From Octopus bimaculoides (Eukaryota), in contig NC_068982.1 of the NCBI RefSeq assembly GCF_001194135.2, positions 39,240,600 through 39,304,599 on the forward strand: 64,000 bases of DNA, given 5' to 3'. A program made the translations under genes and the position numbers. The first letter of the stretch is position 1. Every line of letters starts with the position of its first letter. Under the pieces are notes generated by a model. That model ran no database searches and was not told the origin of the DNA. It saw only the letters and a list, made by a program, of their open reading frames with translations. Shown in pieces: positions 36,839 through 48,712 of the stretch.

Positions 36839-36944
36839 AGAAAAAAATATTTTACCCCAGTGTTACTTTCATGGCATACACTGCTCCACCACTCAATAAT
36901 AATGACAATAATAAGCCTTTCTATTACACGCACAAGGACAGCAA

Positions 36945-37150
36945 TTATGGGGGAGAGCTAAGATCGATTGTCTCAACTCCAGCTCTGAACTGGTACTTAT
37001 TTTATGACCCCGAAAGGATGAAAAGCAAAGACAACCACAGCGAAGTTTGATCACAGAATGTAAAGAGTCGGAACACATAGGACATATACCGCACAAAGTT
37101 TTTTTTTTCTTTTCTTTTTCGACACACTAACGATCCTACCACTTCTTGCC
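36945..37150 (-). mobile_element. SINE family B copy
   Basis: CTGGTACTTATTTTATGACCCCGAAAGGATGAAAAGCAAAG...CTAACGATCCTACC. Confidence 0.75.
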
Positions 37151-38399
37151 TGCAAGAAAGCGTTTAGGGTAATAAAAATGCAAAGAAAGATCAAAGTAAA
37201 CACACGTAAACAATAAAAACAATAGCAATTAGCAAGAAAATTATAACAAAGAAAATTCCCCAATGGAAAAAGGTGTATTCCCCAGGGGTGATCAAGACCC
37301 CTGCCTGCAGTGCCATTGGCGATCGCCCCAGCCGTCAATGGCACCAATGGAAGACACCTCTCTTCAAACTACAGGCATACACTTAGAATGTGTTCAATTA
37401 CTTGGAGCATCTTCGCAACATTCACTCATACTTGAACAAATCTATTGAAAATGGAGTACCTTCGGCCGGTAGACAGCTCCGTTCTGCACGCAATAGCTGC
37501 TGTTTGGCATAATTCCGCACGTCAACAAGGCTTAGAGGGCATGCATGGAGGTTCTCTCTTTGTGTGCATCTCAGGCACTATCAAGCCCGTAGAATTTATC
37601 TCGAACTAACAATGCTATCCGGTAGCTGTGAGCATTTGACGATATTCTAGATGCCAGATGCTTGGTGGGCAGTAACAGTTTTTTATTGGCTTAGAACAGC
37701 AGTTGCATCAAAGAAACGAGCAGCGAGAAAGCATGTCTTAAAAACGGAAACTTCACAAGCACACCATCCAAGAAATTCTGAAGGTGGTGTACCTTCATCA
37801 ATGTGTGTGTACTTCAAAGTCCACTGCATGGCGAACCCTACGTGCAGAAAGGTGTTGGCAGTAGTTAGATTGCATGATCTGTTGAATACATTCCTACTGT
37901 TAAAAACAAAATAACAGAAGCTCCAATCTGGTTAATCAATATCTAAACCTAGGTACACCAACCAAGCAGTAAATTGTGACACAGCTATTGGGCATCTCAG
38001 CCCAATTTTTCGCTTATACCTTCTCACCTATTGTGACTGAGGCCAGCCAACATATTCATAATATGATACCAGTTGTGATTTACCTGAATGTCAGCACCAA
38101 TGCCAAAGAAGTTTGACTGCACCGTCTGTGTCCAGTGTTTCGGTGTCAAAAAGTGGAAGAAATCAGGAGAGTCAACGGCCATCCAAATAATATTTATTGT
38201 TACTGTTGTTGGTAAGGCGGCGAGTCTGTCCAATTGTTAGCACGCCGGACAGAGTGCTTAGTGGCATATACTACAAAGGATTGTTGTTGATGGTGATATC
38301 ATTGTTATTATCATAATTAACCATTGTAAACAATACTACCGGCTTATGATGATAACAATATTGCTAATAAATAACCTAAGGCCATAAGCTATTGAGTTC

Positions 38400-39990
38400 G
38401 TCTCGGTGGTGTTAGGTCAACCACAAAAGGAGAAGCTCTTTAGCTGATGTCTCAATAAAAAAAAAAACATTGGTTGTTGTGACATCTTAACAGCACAAAC
38501 CTCTTTATGAGGTTGTACCAAATAAAAATTATTATCCCAACTGCGTTAACGAGACTTGATTCTCAAGTAAAAATCTCACGAACAGCAAGTGTCCAACTAT
38601 GCAGCAGGATCGGCCAACGCGCTATTCGGTTACTGCTGCAAGGATTAGGATATGGTGGTCTTAAAAATGACAACAGATCGTTATGAATGATACTACGAGA
38701 ACGAGCCTTTCAAACTAGGATACAAAAAACGAGTGTAAAATATGGATAGAGATAAGTTCCATGTCACAGAAAAATCTAATCGTGAAAAGTGAATGCTATC
38801 TTTGGTGGAGTGAAAGGGAATTTTCAAAACAGTGAAAAAGGAAGAACGTGGCTATGTAGAAGAGGAAATCGAACATAAAAGAAAAGCAGAACGGATAATA
38901 AATCATCGTGAGAAAAATATATTAGAGTGTAAACGCGTGTTACTTTATGGAAGGAAAGGATATTACAGAGGAGGAAAGGGATTCACTTTAACGTTTAAAT
39001 AAGATACGAATTAGTGAAAGAACGAGCGTATCAGCTATAAGAGGAATCGAAAGTGAAAAACTTGGTAAAGTAGTAAAGACGCTGGGTGAGGTCATAATGA
39101 AAATCTGTTGAAAATAGAACATATAAAGGACATCATATACTGCACAGCTGGTGTTACTCAAGAAATTCTCGGGGTTAAATGTCAAGCAAAAAAAGGGGCT
39201 GGGGGACAAAAGCCCAGAGTAGAAATGGAGAGTTAAGAATCCAGTTGGGCAGCTCAAAAGAACTCCTAGAAGGATAAATTCAGTAAGTGAAAATACACAA
39301 GAATTACCTCCCAAAAAGTACTTAGACACAGAGGATTACAGGTATCTAAAGGAAAGATAGGACAACAAATGAATTCAATGTCAGGGAAAAAAAAACTAGA
39401 TATCATCAAAGAAAAACCAGTGTTAGCAGAAAAGGCTTTTCAGAAACAATGAAAGGAAATGTAAATGTCACCACCAGCTGATCAAAGAGAATGGACATCA
39501 GGAGAATAGTATGCCAAATTCAGAAATAGTAAGGAACCTTTGGTAAGATAATAATTGGAGTAAAGAAGTTTAAAATAACAGGGAAGCGAACTGGTTACAT
39601 AAAATTAAAAACAGAATGGGGAGAAACAGTTCAAGTCAAGAAAATATGAACATTACCGAAAAGAAGATAAAAAAAGATGCATAAAATGCACCAAATGGGA
39701 AGACCGTTGGACCCGATGGTGCTGAGGAATTATTGCTAACAAAATCTCGTAAGTATGCACAACTATATACTGCTATATCTTAATGATTATATAGAAAATA
39801 GAACACCAGCATGGCTGACAAAAAGGAAATGCAGCGTTGATACAGAAGAAGAAAGAAAAGGGAGTAAATCAGCAATTATTGGCCTACTACTTGTCATTGA
39901 TCTGGAAATAACTAAATGGCCTCGTAGAAGATGAATCGTATAGCTTCATGGAGAAGGAGAATCTATGACAAGAGGAGCAAAATGGCAACC
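38400..39990 (+). mobile_element. Older, highly degraded R4/Dong element, 5' portion
   Basis: YYENEPFKLGYKKRV (N-terminal ..GYRKR motif), PNSE...LW...WS, EANWLHKIK, WKTVGPDG, NYWPTTC..IWK and QEEQNG in broken frames; colinear with the copy at 34504. Confidence 0.65.
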
Positions 39991-39999
39991 AGGGGCATA

Positions 40000-41600
40000 T
40001 AGCTAGTTGTTCTACAACTTCCACATGTCGTATTCTGTAGATACTAAATGTATTCTGCTTCACTGCAAGCTTTTGTTGGTTTCTAGGAGAAAGGCTTTCA
40101 ACATGTATCGCAATAAAGAATTCTTCAATTCAGCTTTGGGGATTGAACTTCTCAAGCTGTGCTGCAGTTTTTCTTTGTCTATTTCTACTCTGTTCAATTT
40201 TTCTTTGTCTACTCAGTTCAACGTTTCTTGTCTTTTTTTTTTTTTTGGTATTGGCCATATTGGAGCTTTCCTTGTCTTGTTTTAGCATGATATTCTGTAG
40301 CTCATTTCTGTTTATTCTTTAGCTTTCACAATTTTTGTTATTGTTTCTCCTCTCTCAACATAACTATCTACATTTCAACCTTTGTTTTATGTGTTATCTT
40401 CTCTAATAACAGAAAACAGATTTTGTTTACTTCGTGTTTTGAAGCTATTTTAATTTCCCGTTAGTCTTTACTTGATGCGTCTGTAGTCCTACAGTGGATA
40501 GGCGTAAGTTGTTGCCTCTGAGCATTTGTGGTAAATGTAATATGTCAGATTTTACGTTGTACGAGTAGTCATCATTTTTGTTTCTTTTTCCGACTGGTTT
40601 TGCTAATTTACTGAAGGTCCATTAGAAATGATCAAAATTATGAATTATTACTTAGGGACTATCGTACTACTGCTTGAGATTTTGAATTTAATTCTGTTTT
40701 AAGTTTTAATATAATGCATCTATAATTTACCATCCTTATCTTTACTTTCATTCATGTGTTGTAATCTCTAGTTCAGTGATTCGTAAGTAGTTGCAAGTGA
40801 TGTTTAATGAAATAAGCGTCATAAATGAATTCCTTCTTTTTAAGTTCACTTGGCGCAATTTTGAAATCGAAGTCACCAAATTTTATAGTGTAACCGTGTA
40901 TTTTATGTAGTAGTGTTTCTAGTTGCATATCATTTGCAGCGTACAGTGGCTATAACCAAGTCTAGTCTGATTTGTACATGTTAGTTAAATTGTTAGCACC
41001 AGGTGTAAAAAGAAAAAATGCAGAGAAGGAAGAATCCTTGAAATATTTATTTCTTGGTAAAGTAGGAGCTAGTTTGGTAATTCTCTGTTGTATCTTAACC
41101 TGCAGAATTGATTACTATTTTCTTTGAGTGTGTGATTTATCTATGTATTGTTGGTGTTACCTTACTCGAGGCTGATGCATCCAGGGTACATGTGGGGGAA
41201 CACTATCAAAATGTTTTAATGGTCAATACACGTCTAGAATTTAGGCTATAGCTTTGTTGATTATTAATTTATCTTTATAGCGATATGAAATTTTGCAAGA
41301 GTCTAATAATCTCCAGGAGACAAGTTGTTTTCCTTGAAGTTTATTTAGTCTTTCCGATTTTACATCAATGCGTACCGTGTTAGACTCCTCTCTTACTCCT
41401 GAAATTTCTGTTATGGTTTTGTTGTTTTATTTATCTTTACAATCATATAAACTTTTACAGGATCCCATCGGGTCTTCTAGAAGCACGTTGATTCCTAGAT
41501 GTGTATTCATCCTTGCCGATTTTATATCAGTGAAAGCTTTGAAAACTGTGAGAGGCAGTTACTATTCCAGCCATGGGCAAAATTTTGAGAAGCAAGCCAC
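40000..41600 (-). mobile_element. Possible very degraded PLE-like reverse transcriptase remnant
   Basis: Only loose motif traces on the minus strand (IKSA..MN...LLED; IHG......KIAPS; RNELQNIMLKQ). Many stops. Confidence 0.3.
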
Positions 41601-42197
41601 CTGAGACGTAATTCATCATTAGGTGGGTCACGCTACTAAAAAATTCAAGGTGACTTTTCGTTAGGCATGCCATTCAGAAAGTCCCGTGAATAGCAGTTTG
41701 CCTAGATTCTAGTCAATAGGTTTTACAATTTGTCGTTTTTTTTCTTAATCCTGGAGATTCCTCTCAATGAATCAGTAAGTTGTAGACCACTTCCTTCAGT
41801 ATTATATTAAACAACTACAATACTCCTTGCTGTCTCTGTTAAATATTTTACCCAGAAGCTTTGAATTTTATTTCCTTCTCGCGCCATTTCTATCGTATTT
41901 TCTATTGAAAGTAAAATCAGACTTGAAACTCTCGTCATTTTTGTTGCTTACTGGTATATTTCTTTGTGGCAGTACTGAGTATTCCCCACCCCCGTTTCGT
42001 TGTAGTTTTTAACTTCAATTTCAAAATCTACATTTCTCTTTAACCTTATATTGAATGACAGAGTTTATCATATATTGTGCAAAGATACTGAACAGGCCGA
42101 TGGTGGTACGTTTTGTTTTCTGTCCGTTTTTTTTTGTACATGTGATGTCCAAATGTTAGTCAAAACGAAATTTTTGCAATATATATTTATATGAAGT

Positions 42198-42415
42198 AAG
42201 GTGGCGAGAGGGTAGAGTCCTTAGCACGCCGGGAAAAATGCTTAGTGACATTTCCGTCCATCTTCACGTTCTGAGTTCAAATTCTGCCGAGGTTGATGTT
42301 GCCTTTCATCTGTTAGAGGGCGGTAAAATAAGTACCAGTTGGACACTGGGGTCGATGTAATTTACTAGCCCCTACCCCCGAAATTGCTGGCCTTCTGCCA
42401 AAATTTGAAACCAAT
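42198..42415 (+). mobile_element. SINE family B, full length
   Basis: TAAGGTGGCGAG...TTAGCACGCCGGGAAAAATGCTTAG...GAGTTCAAATTCTGCCGAGG...AATAAGTACCAG...GGGGTCGATGTAAT...AAATTTGAAACCAAT. Confidence 0.9.
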
Positions 42416-42454
42416 ATTTATATATTTGAAGTAAGCAAAAGTAAATTTAGCATA

Positions 42455-42541
42455 TGGTGCAGGCATATGGCTGTGTAGTTAAGACGTTTGCTTTGTAAGC
42501 ACGTGGTTTCGGGTTCAGTTCCACTGCACGGAAACTTGGGG
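42455..42541 (+). mobile_element. SINE family A head fragment
   Basis: GCAGGCATATGGCTGTGTAGTTAAG...GGGTTCAGTTCCACTGC...CTTGGG. Confidence 0.7.
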
Positions 42542-43009
42542 TTTTAATGATGAAAGAGGTAGTGAGGCCCTATTAAAGAATTTGGAAACTAATAAATGGA
42601 AATGAAGAACCTCATATAAAACCTCTTTATTGCTGAGAGGAGTGAACATTGGGAGGTCTTTTGCACTACCCCCTCACTACCAAGCCAACAGACCCCTATT
42701 AAGGCATTAAATTCTGAAATATACTCCCCACTTTGTGTCATAGTGTTGCTTTCCTCCCACTATACCACTTGAATGTACATTGTTTTTGTTTAAGCTCTTT
42801 CTACGGCAAGATCCACTCGTAGACTCATGAAATATGTATGTGCCATAGATTGTAAATTATTTAAAATTATTTTAGATGTCTTTGATTGTAAAATTCATGT
42901 ATTCAGCTGAAGAAAACGTTTTTTTTTTTATAATGATAAAATGTACTCATTGATCAATTAAAAAATTCTTTAGAAACAGATGTATTGAATTGACACCTGT
43001 CCATCAATT

Positions 43010-43148
43010 GTTTCTTTCAGTTTCCATCTACTGAATTCACTCACAGGACTTTGGTCGGCCTGAGGACACTTGACCACGCAGTGGGGATGAACCTGGAACT
43101 ATGTGGTTGGTAAGCTAGCTTCTTACCTCACAGCCACGCCTGCGCCTA
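43010..43148 (-). mobile_element. SINE family A head fragment (internal deletion)
   Basis: TTCTTTCAGTTTCCATCTAC...GGAACTATGTGGTTGG...CACAGCCACGCCTGCGCC. Confidence 0.75.
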
Positions 43149-43229
43149 TATCAGTAATAACTTTAAATTTGGGTATACAGCTGGTAGTATGCGTTTAAAA
43201 TAGGTTCACTGTATTCGGTTACCTGATGT

Positions 43230-45060
43230 AATCAACAGTTTGGTTTTAAATGCCACTGGATTTATTTTAGGAATTCCTTCGTGGCCGTGGTATATATAAG
43301 ATATGAGAGAAAGAGAAAATGGAATTCATGAGATTCTTTATCTGTCACTACAATAGTTTCGGCCGATCGTCCATCATTCGGTGAAGATGTGTCTTGTCAG
43401 GTGACTTGTCAAAAGGTACCTTGCTCTTTAACCTCCGTTCGCTTATTTCGATCATAATACATTCCGTTATTTGCCTGCAGCTAGTAGCGTACTGGAAAGA
43501 TTCTGAGACTGATTTAGAATGAGGAACAGTTCTCTTATAGGTAGCGAACCTACTTACAATTAATCATTAATGAAATGCGTATATAAGAATAAAAAATAAA
43601 ATAAGTATACAATGAGCAGATTAATCAGACAAATCAAGTACCAGCCAGTCACCAGATAGGAACACCTCCGGGACATAATGGACAGGACACTTCATAAAAA
43701 GAACAAGAAAGCAAAGACAAATCTTTTGAGATTACTGCATGACTTGACAAGAAATTGCGCAAGAGAATGCTCATCTGATCAGGAACACGCCTAATAGGGT
43801 CCTTGCATTGGAAAATGCGAAGAGCATGTCTACTGAATATTAAATATTCACATTATAACAATTAATAAATAATTTAAATGTATAATTTCAGATTTAAATA
43901 AATTTTAAGGATTATAAGCCTGTCTATTTACTTCTGTCATGTCTGCGCATATATGTATGTGTGTGTGTGTGTGTGTGTGTGCGTGTGCGTGCGTGCGCGC
44001 GCACCTTTACATTTGAACTTCCCACACCTTGTTGGTCTGTTTATCTCCGGGAGGTTTGGTAAAGAGTAGGAGAGAACAAGTAGCAGATTTAACATATGTA
44101 CGGGAATCGAAATGCGTGACTAACTCTGCAAGGTGGTGTTCCATCAGGACTGTGATTCAATGATTGTAACAAGCAAAATAGTGGCGATTCTTCCTCACAA
44201 CCACCTAGTGCCGGATGTTTTAGCTGGTGTTGTCGATTTTCTTTAGAAGGTTGCGGCACCAAGAGTCACTACCCAGTAAAGTTTCCGGACCATAGCCTTT
44301 GGGAATCCACATATATGAAATCGAGTAGCTCGCACCCGGACTTCAGAGTTGCCTCTCAACACTTTCATCATTTCTGTTTTAACGATTTATATTCGCAGTT
44401 AATTAATTGCTATTATTAGATATATTTCGGAACAGTCGGTTCGCGTACTATTATGAATTTCTGTTGTAGGATCATCAAATGGCTGGGGCTTTTCGATGGT
44501 CCTCTGTCGAAGATCTGAACAACGACAGCACAATTAAAGAAGTTTGTAGTCTTTGACGGGTGCGAGCTACTCGATTTCATATATGTGGATTCCCAGAGGC
44601 TATGGTCCGGAAACTTTATTGGGGTAGTAACTCTGATGTATATCTCAATGGCCTGCCGCAACTCTCTAAAGAAAATCGACAACACCAGCTAAAACATCCG
44701 GCACTAGGTGGTTGTGAGGAAGAATCGCCACGTTTGGATGGTCTATCCAATAAATTTTACACCTACGTGCCAGACTTGTTCTGTAACCTTTTGGTAGACG
44801 TTTACCATGACTAGCAACAGACCGGGAAAATTTCCTTGCTCTGTGAGCCGAGGAGTGGCAACGCTGATGAGGAAGGACACTAATAGTGTAGGAGAAGGAT
44901 CGCTGTCGATAACACTGCCCTTCGTATGCTTTCTGTTTCTGGATACCAATTTTATCAATCGCAAAAACATGGAAGAAACCTACTGAACCCATCTGGTTTG
45001 AACTGATAGCAGAAAAACTCAAGTGAATAGTTGTTTAATCGTAGGTCCTCTTCGAAAGCG
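43230..45060 (-). mobile_element. Probable degraded Penelope-like element with an inverted duplication
   Basis: Minus strand VNVYQ...GVKFIG*T (eroded GIY-YIG) and VVQIFD...LMILQQKFI. Degenerate hammerhead at 43356-43382. 44557-44731 is duplicated in inverted orientation at 44181-44338. Confidence 0.45.
44181..44731. repeat. Long inverted repeat (158- and 175-bp arms, 218-bp spacer)
   Basis: 44181-44338 is the reverse complement of 44557-44731, with a handful of substitutions and one indel of about 17 bp. Confidence 0.95.
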
Positions 45061-45400
45061 AAGGTCTATCATCAAAAGCATTCCAGTCGTGACTAAATCA
45101 TCTGTTTTCAATTTTTTTTTTTACAGTTACAAAGTATCTAGCATGTGTATCCATTTTTCAAAGAAGATAAAGCGTTATTATAAGTAAATTTGACTATTAA
45201 TTCTTGAAGGCGTGAAGTCTTTGTGAAAACTCGGAAATAAATGACAGATAAATTAACTTCATTAATATTTCAGTCAATAGTTTCACTTTCTCAAATAATT
45301 TGTTGCAATTTCATTTGAAATATGTTCACGTCTTTTAACTCCCAAATCAGCCCTGACTGAACAGATCATCTGCACTTTCTTCCAGTAATAATTGTAGTAT

Positions 45401-45790
45401 GTGGAGGCGCAATAGTCCAGTGGTTAGGGCAGCGGACGCGGTTATAGGATCGCGGTTTCAATTCCCAGACCGGGCGTTGTGAGTGTTTATTGAGCGAAAA
45501 CACCTAAAGCTCCACGAGGCTCCGGCAGGGGATGGTGGCGAACCCTGCTGTATTATTTCACCACAACTTTCTCTCACTTTTACTTCCTGTTTCTGTTGTG
45601 CCTGTAATTCAAAGGGTCAGCCTTGTCACACTGTGTCACGTTGAATATCCCCGAGAACTACGTTAAGGGTTCACGTGTCTGTGGAGTGCTCAGCCACTTG
45701 CACGTTAATTTCATGAGCAGGCTGTTCCGTTGATCGGATCAACTGGAACCCTCAACGTCGTAAGCGACGGAGTGCCAACAACAACAACAA
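45401..45790 (+). mobile_element. SINE family C, full length with TSD
   Basis: tRNA-like head (TAGTCCAGTGG; GGTTTCAATTCC), tail GGAGTGCC(AAC)n, and 11-bp TSD AATTGTAGTAT at 45390-45400 and 45789-45799. Confidence 0.93.
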
Positions 45791-45827
45791 TTGTAGTATA
45801 TCCCAGAGTATAATGCGTACTGTTTCA

Positions 45828-46015
45828 ATTATTTCAGTCATTGGATTGCGGCAATAGTGGAACTGTCTAGTAGGGCTTCTCGAATTTATCAATCCCAGTA
45901 TTTATTTTAAACCTGGTATTTATTTTCACGTTCTCTTTTGCTGAATCGCTAGTTTACGGGTAAATAAACAAATTAACATCGCTTGTCAAGTGTTGGTGGG
46001 CATCAAACACAAAGT

Positions 46016-46055
<40 letters not shown>

Positions 46056-46192
46056 CCGTCTATCGAATTCACTAATAGTGGTCAATCCGGGGCTATAGTA
46101 GAAAACATTTGTCCAAAGTGTCACACAGTGAAATTAAACCCGAAACCACATGGTTGTAAAGTGAACTTCTTGAACACGCACCCATACCTGCA
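45828..46192 (-). mobile_element. SINE family A, diverged full-length copy
   Basis: Tail TTTCAGTCATTGGATTGCGGC, internal (CA)n at about 46020-46048, head CGAAACCACATGGTTG. Confidence 0.78.
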
Positions 46193-46749
46193 TCATAAGT
46201 GTCGTTCTTTTATATATATATATATTAAAGGGTAGCGTATTGGATTTAAGTCGATGCTCTAAAGATCAAATAGAAATACTGACACACCCCGCATAGAAAG
46301 TTGAAAAGCAGAATGCATGCTGTTTCAAAGTTTAAGAAAGAAATGTAGAAAATATATAGTACACTCTTCCTTATCTTGTTTTATTAATCATACTTCTGTG
46401 AAATAAATTCATGAATCATACTACTATTCCGTGATGCACCTTTGAGAATTATTAATTGTAGGGTGTAATTTGGGAAAGGGTGCGACTACCTGGCTGTTAT
46501 TTCTTGTAAACTGAGTGTCTACATTCAGACTTTTTTTTTTTACCCCCGGAGCAATTTAGGCTACTACTTGAAATGCTAATCGTTTCGTGAATTCGGTTGA
46601 ATGAAAATTACCCCCACATTAAGAACACGAGCCTCCAGGTATGCAGTAATACTTGTTTCTTAAGTATGAAAAGTTTTAGAACAAGAGATACAAGATCTTA
46701 GGAAGTCGAAGGCATGATGCGGTTTCAAATTTCGGTTCATGAATTGTTA

Positions 46750-46935
46750 TATTTAGGGATTGGTCATATTTTTGCCAATTAACCACACGCACTGTATACT
46801 TGATCTTCATTTCACCTTTATTATACTTCTTCTCAATTTAGTGTCCTTTGTCTGAAGTCTTTCGTCACACATTCTGTGACCTCTTCACTGACTCTCTATC
46901 CTACGTGTCCCCGCCTGTTCCGTTTAATCCTTTAT
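46750..46935 (-). mobile_element. Probable PLE terminal fragment with degenerate hammerhead
   Basis: Reverse complement GTCA-GTGAAGA-G-GTCACA-caatg-like loop-TGTGAC-GAAAG, with a perfect 6-bp stem II. Confidence 0.45.
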
Positions 46936-47059
46936 AATAATTTACTTTTATTTATGCCGCTAATGCTATTGAGACAGACATACCTTTGACGGTAATCCGT
47001 GTTATATTTTCTTCCTCGAACGATAGGGTTAGAAAACACACACGTTATTACTGTTGCAA

Positions 47060-47235
47060 TGGTGTTAGTAGTTTAGCTTGAGATCAAGCAGAGCGATGAT
47101 GAAATGCATGCCAGAAGTGACCACCCCATTTATTTAGGGACATGTAGGTCAATATTATCCAATATGTACTTCCGTTTTATAAGACGGTAGTCATAATTTG
47201 AGGAAGATCTGCTAGCTATTTCTAACAAGTCGAGT
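47060..47235 (+). mobile_element. Fragment of a fourth dispersed repeat family
   Basis: The GCTATTTCTA(A/G)CA.GTCGAG motif and ATCAAA.GCATTC.AG.CGTG recur in degenerate form near 1655-1690, 45065-45100, 46485-46510 and 52710-52830. Confidence 0.5.
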
Positions 47236-47869
47236 GACCACATAGAGGCCCTTAAGCCCCTTTCTAGACTTGAAACCACAAGTCGTTATTCTATTTTATA
47301 TATTTTTTGGAAGTTCTAAACTTTTAGAGAGAAAGAGTAAACGAGATGTGGTGAAATGTATGCCTCTCCCAACGATTACAAGTGCTTGTAAATATTGTAT
47401 AGTGAAATTTTGGCAGCGTCAGTAAGTACAACAGATAATGGTGGAGAGAGAGAAAGAGAGAGAGAGAGAAAGATAGAGAGAGAAAGAGAGAGAAGGAGAG
47501 AAAGAGAAAGAGAGAAAGAAAGATAGCTTTGAGTACTGAACGGTGAGTAATATTGCCGCGAATTGACGAACGCCGCTACCATCACCACCACTATCACCAT
47601 CACTATCATCATCCTCATCTTCATAACCACTGCCTACAATACCTTTATATAAGAACAATATCTCTCCTCCCCACATCCAACACCACCACCACTGCCACCA
47701 CCACCGCCACCACCTAGGCTTCATCGCAACAAGCACCTCACCCCCTTGATACGCTGTCACAACCATCTTCAGCAGTATTTGAAATTTACGAGAAGCGAGC
47801 AAATTTACGAGAAGCAATGGCAACACTAGTAGCAGCCGTAATGATATTTTCTGTGGTAGTGATGGCGCT

Positions 47870-47870
47870 G

Positions 47871-47905
<35 letters not shown>

Positions 47906-48476
47906 GTATGTATGTATGTATGTATGTATGTATGTATGTATGTATGTATGTATGTATGTATGTATCTATCTATCTATCTATCTATCTATATATACATATA
48001 TATATATATATATATAAAATATAGTATATATATATATATANNNNNNNNNNNNNNNNNNNNNNNNNNNNNNNNNNNNNNNNNNNNNNNNNNNNNNNNNNNN
48101 NNNNNNNNNNNNNNNNNNNNNNNNNNNNNNNNNNNNNNNNNNNNNNNNNNNNNNNNNNNNNNNNNNNNNNNNNNNNNNNNNNNNNNNNNNNNNNNNNNNN
48201 NNNNNNNNNNNNNNNNNNNNNNNNNNNNNNNNNNNNNNNNNNNNNNNNNNNNNNNNNNNNNNNNNNNNNNNNNNNNNNNNNNNNNNNNNNNNNNNNNNNN
48301 NNNNNNNNNNNNNNNNNNNNNNNNNNNNNNNNNNNNNNNNNNNNNNNNNNNNNNNNNNNNNNNNNNNNNNNNNNNNNNNNNNNNNNNNNNNNNNNNNNNN
48401 NNNNNNNNNNNNNNNNNNNNNNNNNNNNNNNNNNNNNNNNNNNNNNNNNNNNNNNNNNNNNNNNNNNNNNNNNNNN

Positions 48477-48508
<32 letters not shown>

Positions 48509-48633
48509 TATATGTATATATATATATATAGAGAGAGAGATAGATAGATATATGTATGTATATATATACACACATATATATATATATATAGAGAGAGAGA
48601 TAGATAGATATATGTATGTATATATATACACAC

Positions 48634-48666
<33 letters not shown>

Positions 48667-48712
48667 CACCTATAAAAAACATATATTATATATATTATAT
48701 ATATATATGTAT
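47870..48712. repeat. Compound (TA)/(TATG)/(TCTA) microsatellite with gap and a duplicated unit of about 58 bp
   Basis: Read directly; TATATATAGAGAGAGAGATAGATAGATATATGTATGTATATATATACACACATA occurs twice (about 48522 and 48582). Confidence 0.9.

Noticed and set aside
45401-45475. Possible tRNA gene
   Set aside because: It has A and B boxes but no proper acceptor stem, continues into a 390-bp repeat with tail and TSD, and has dispersed homologs; it is a SINE head.
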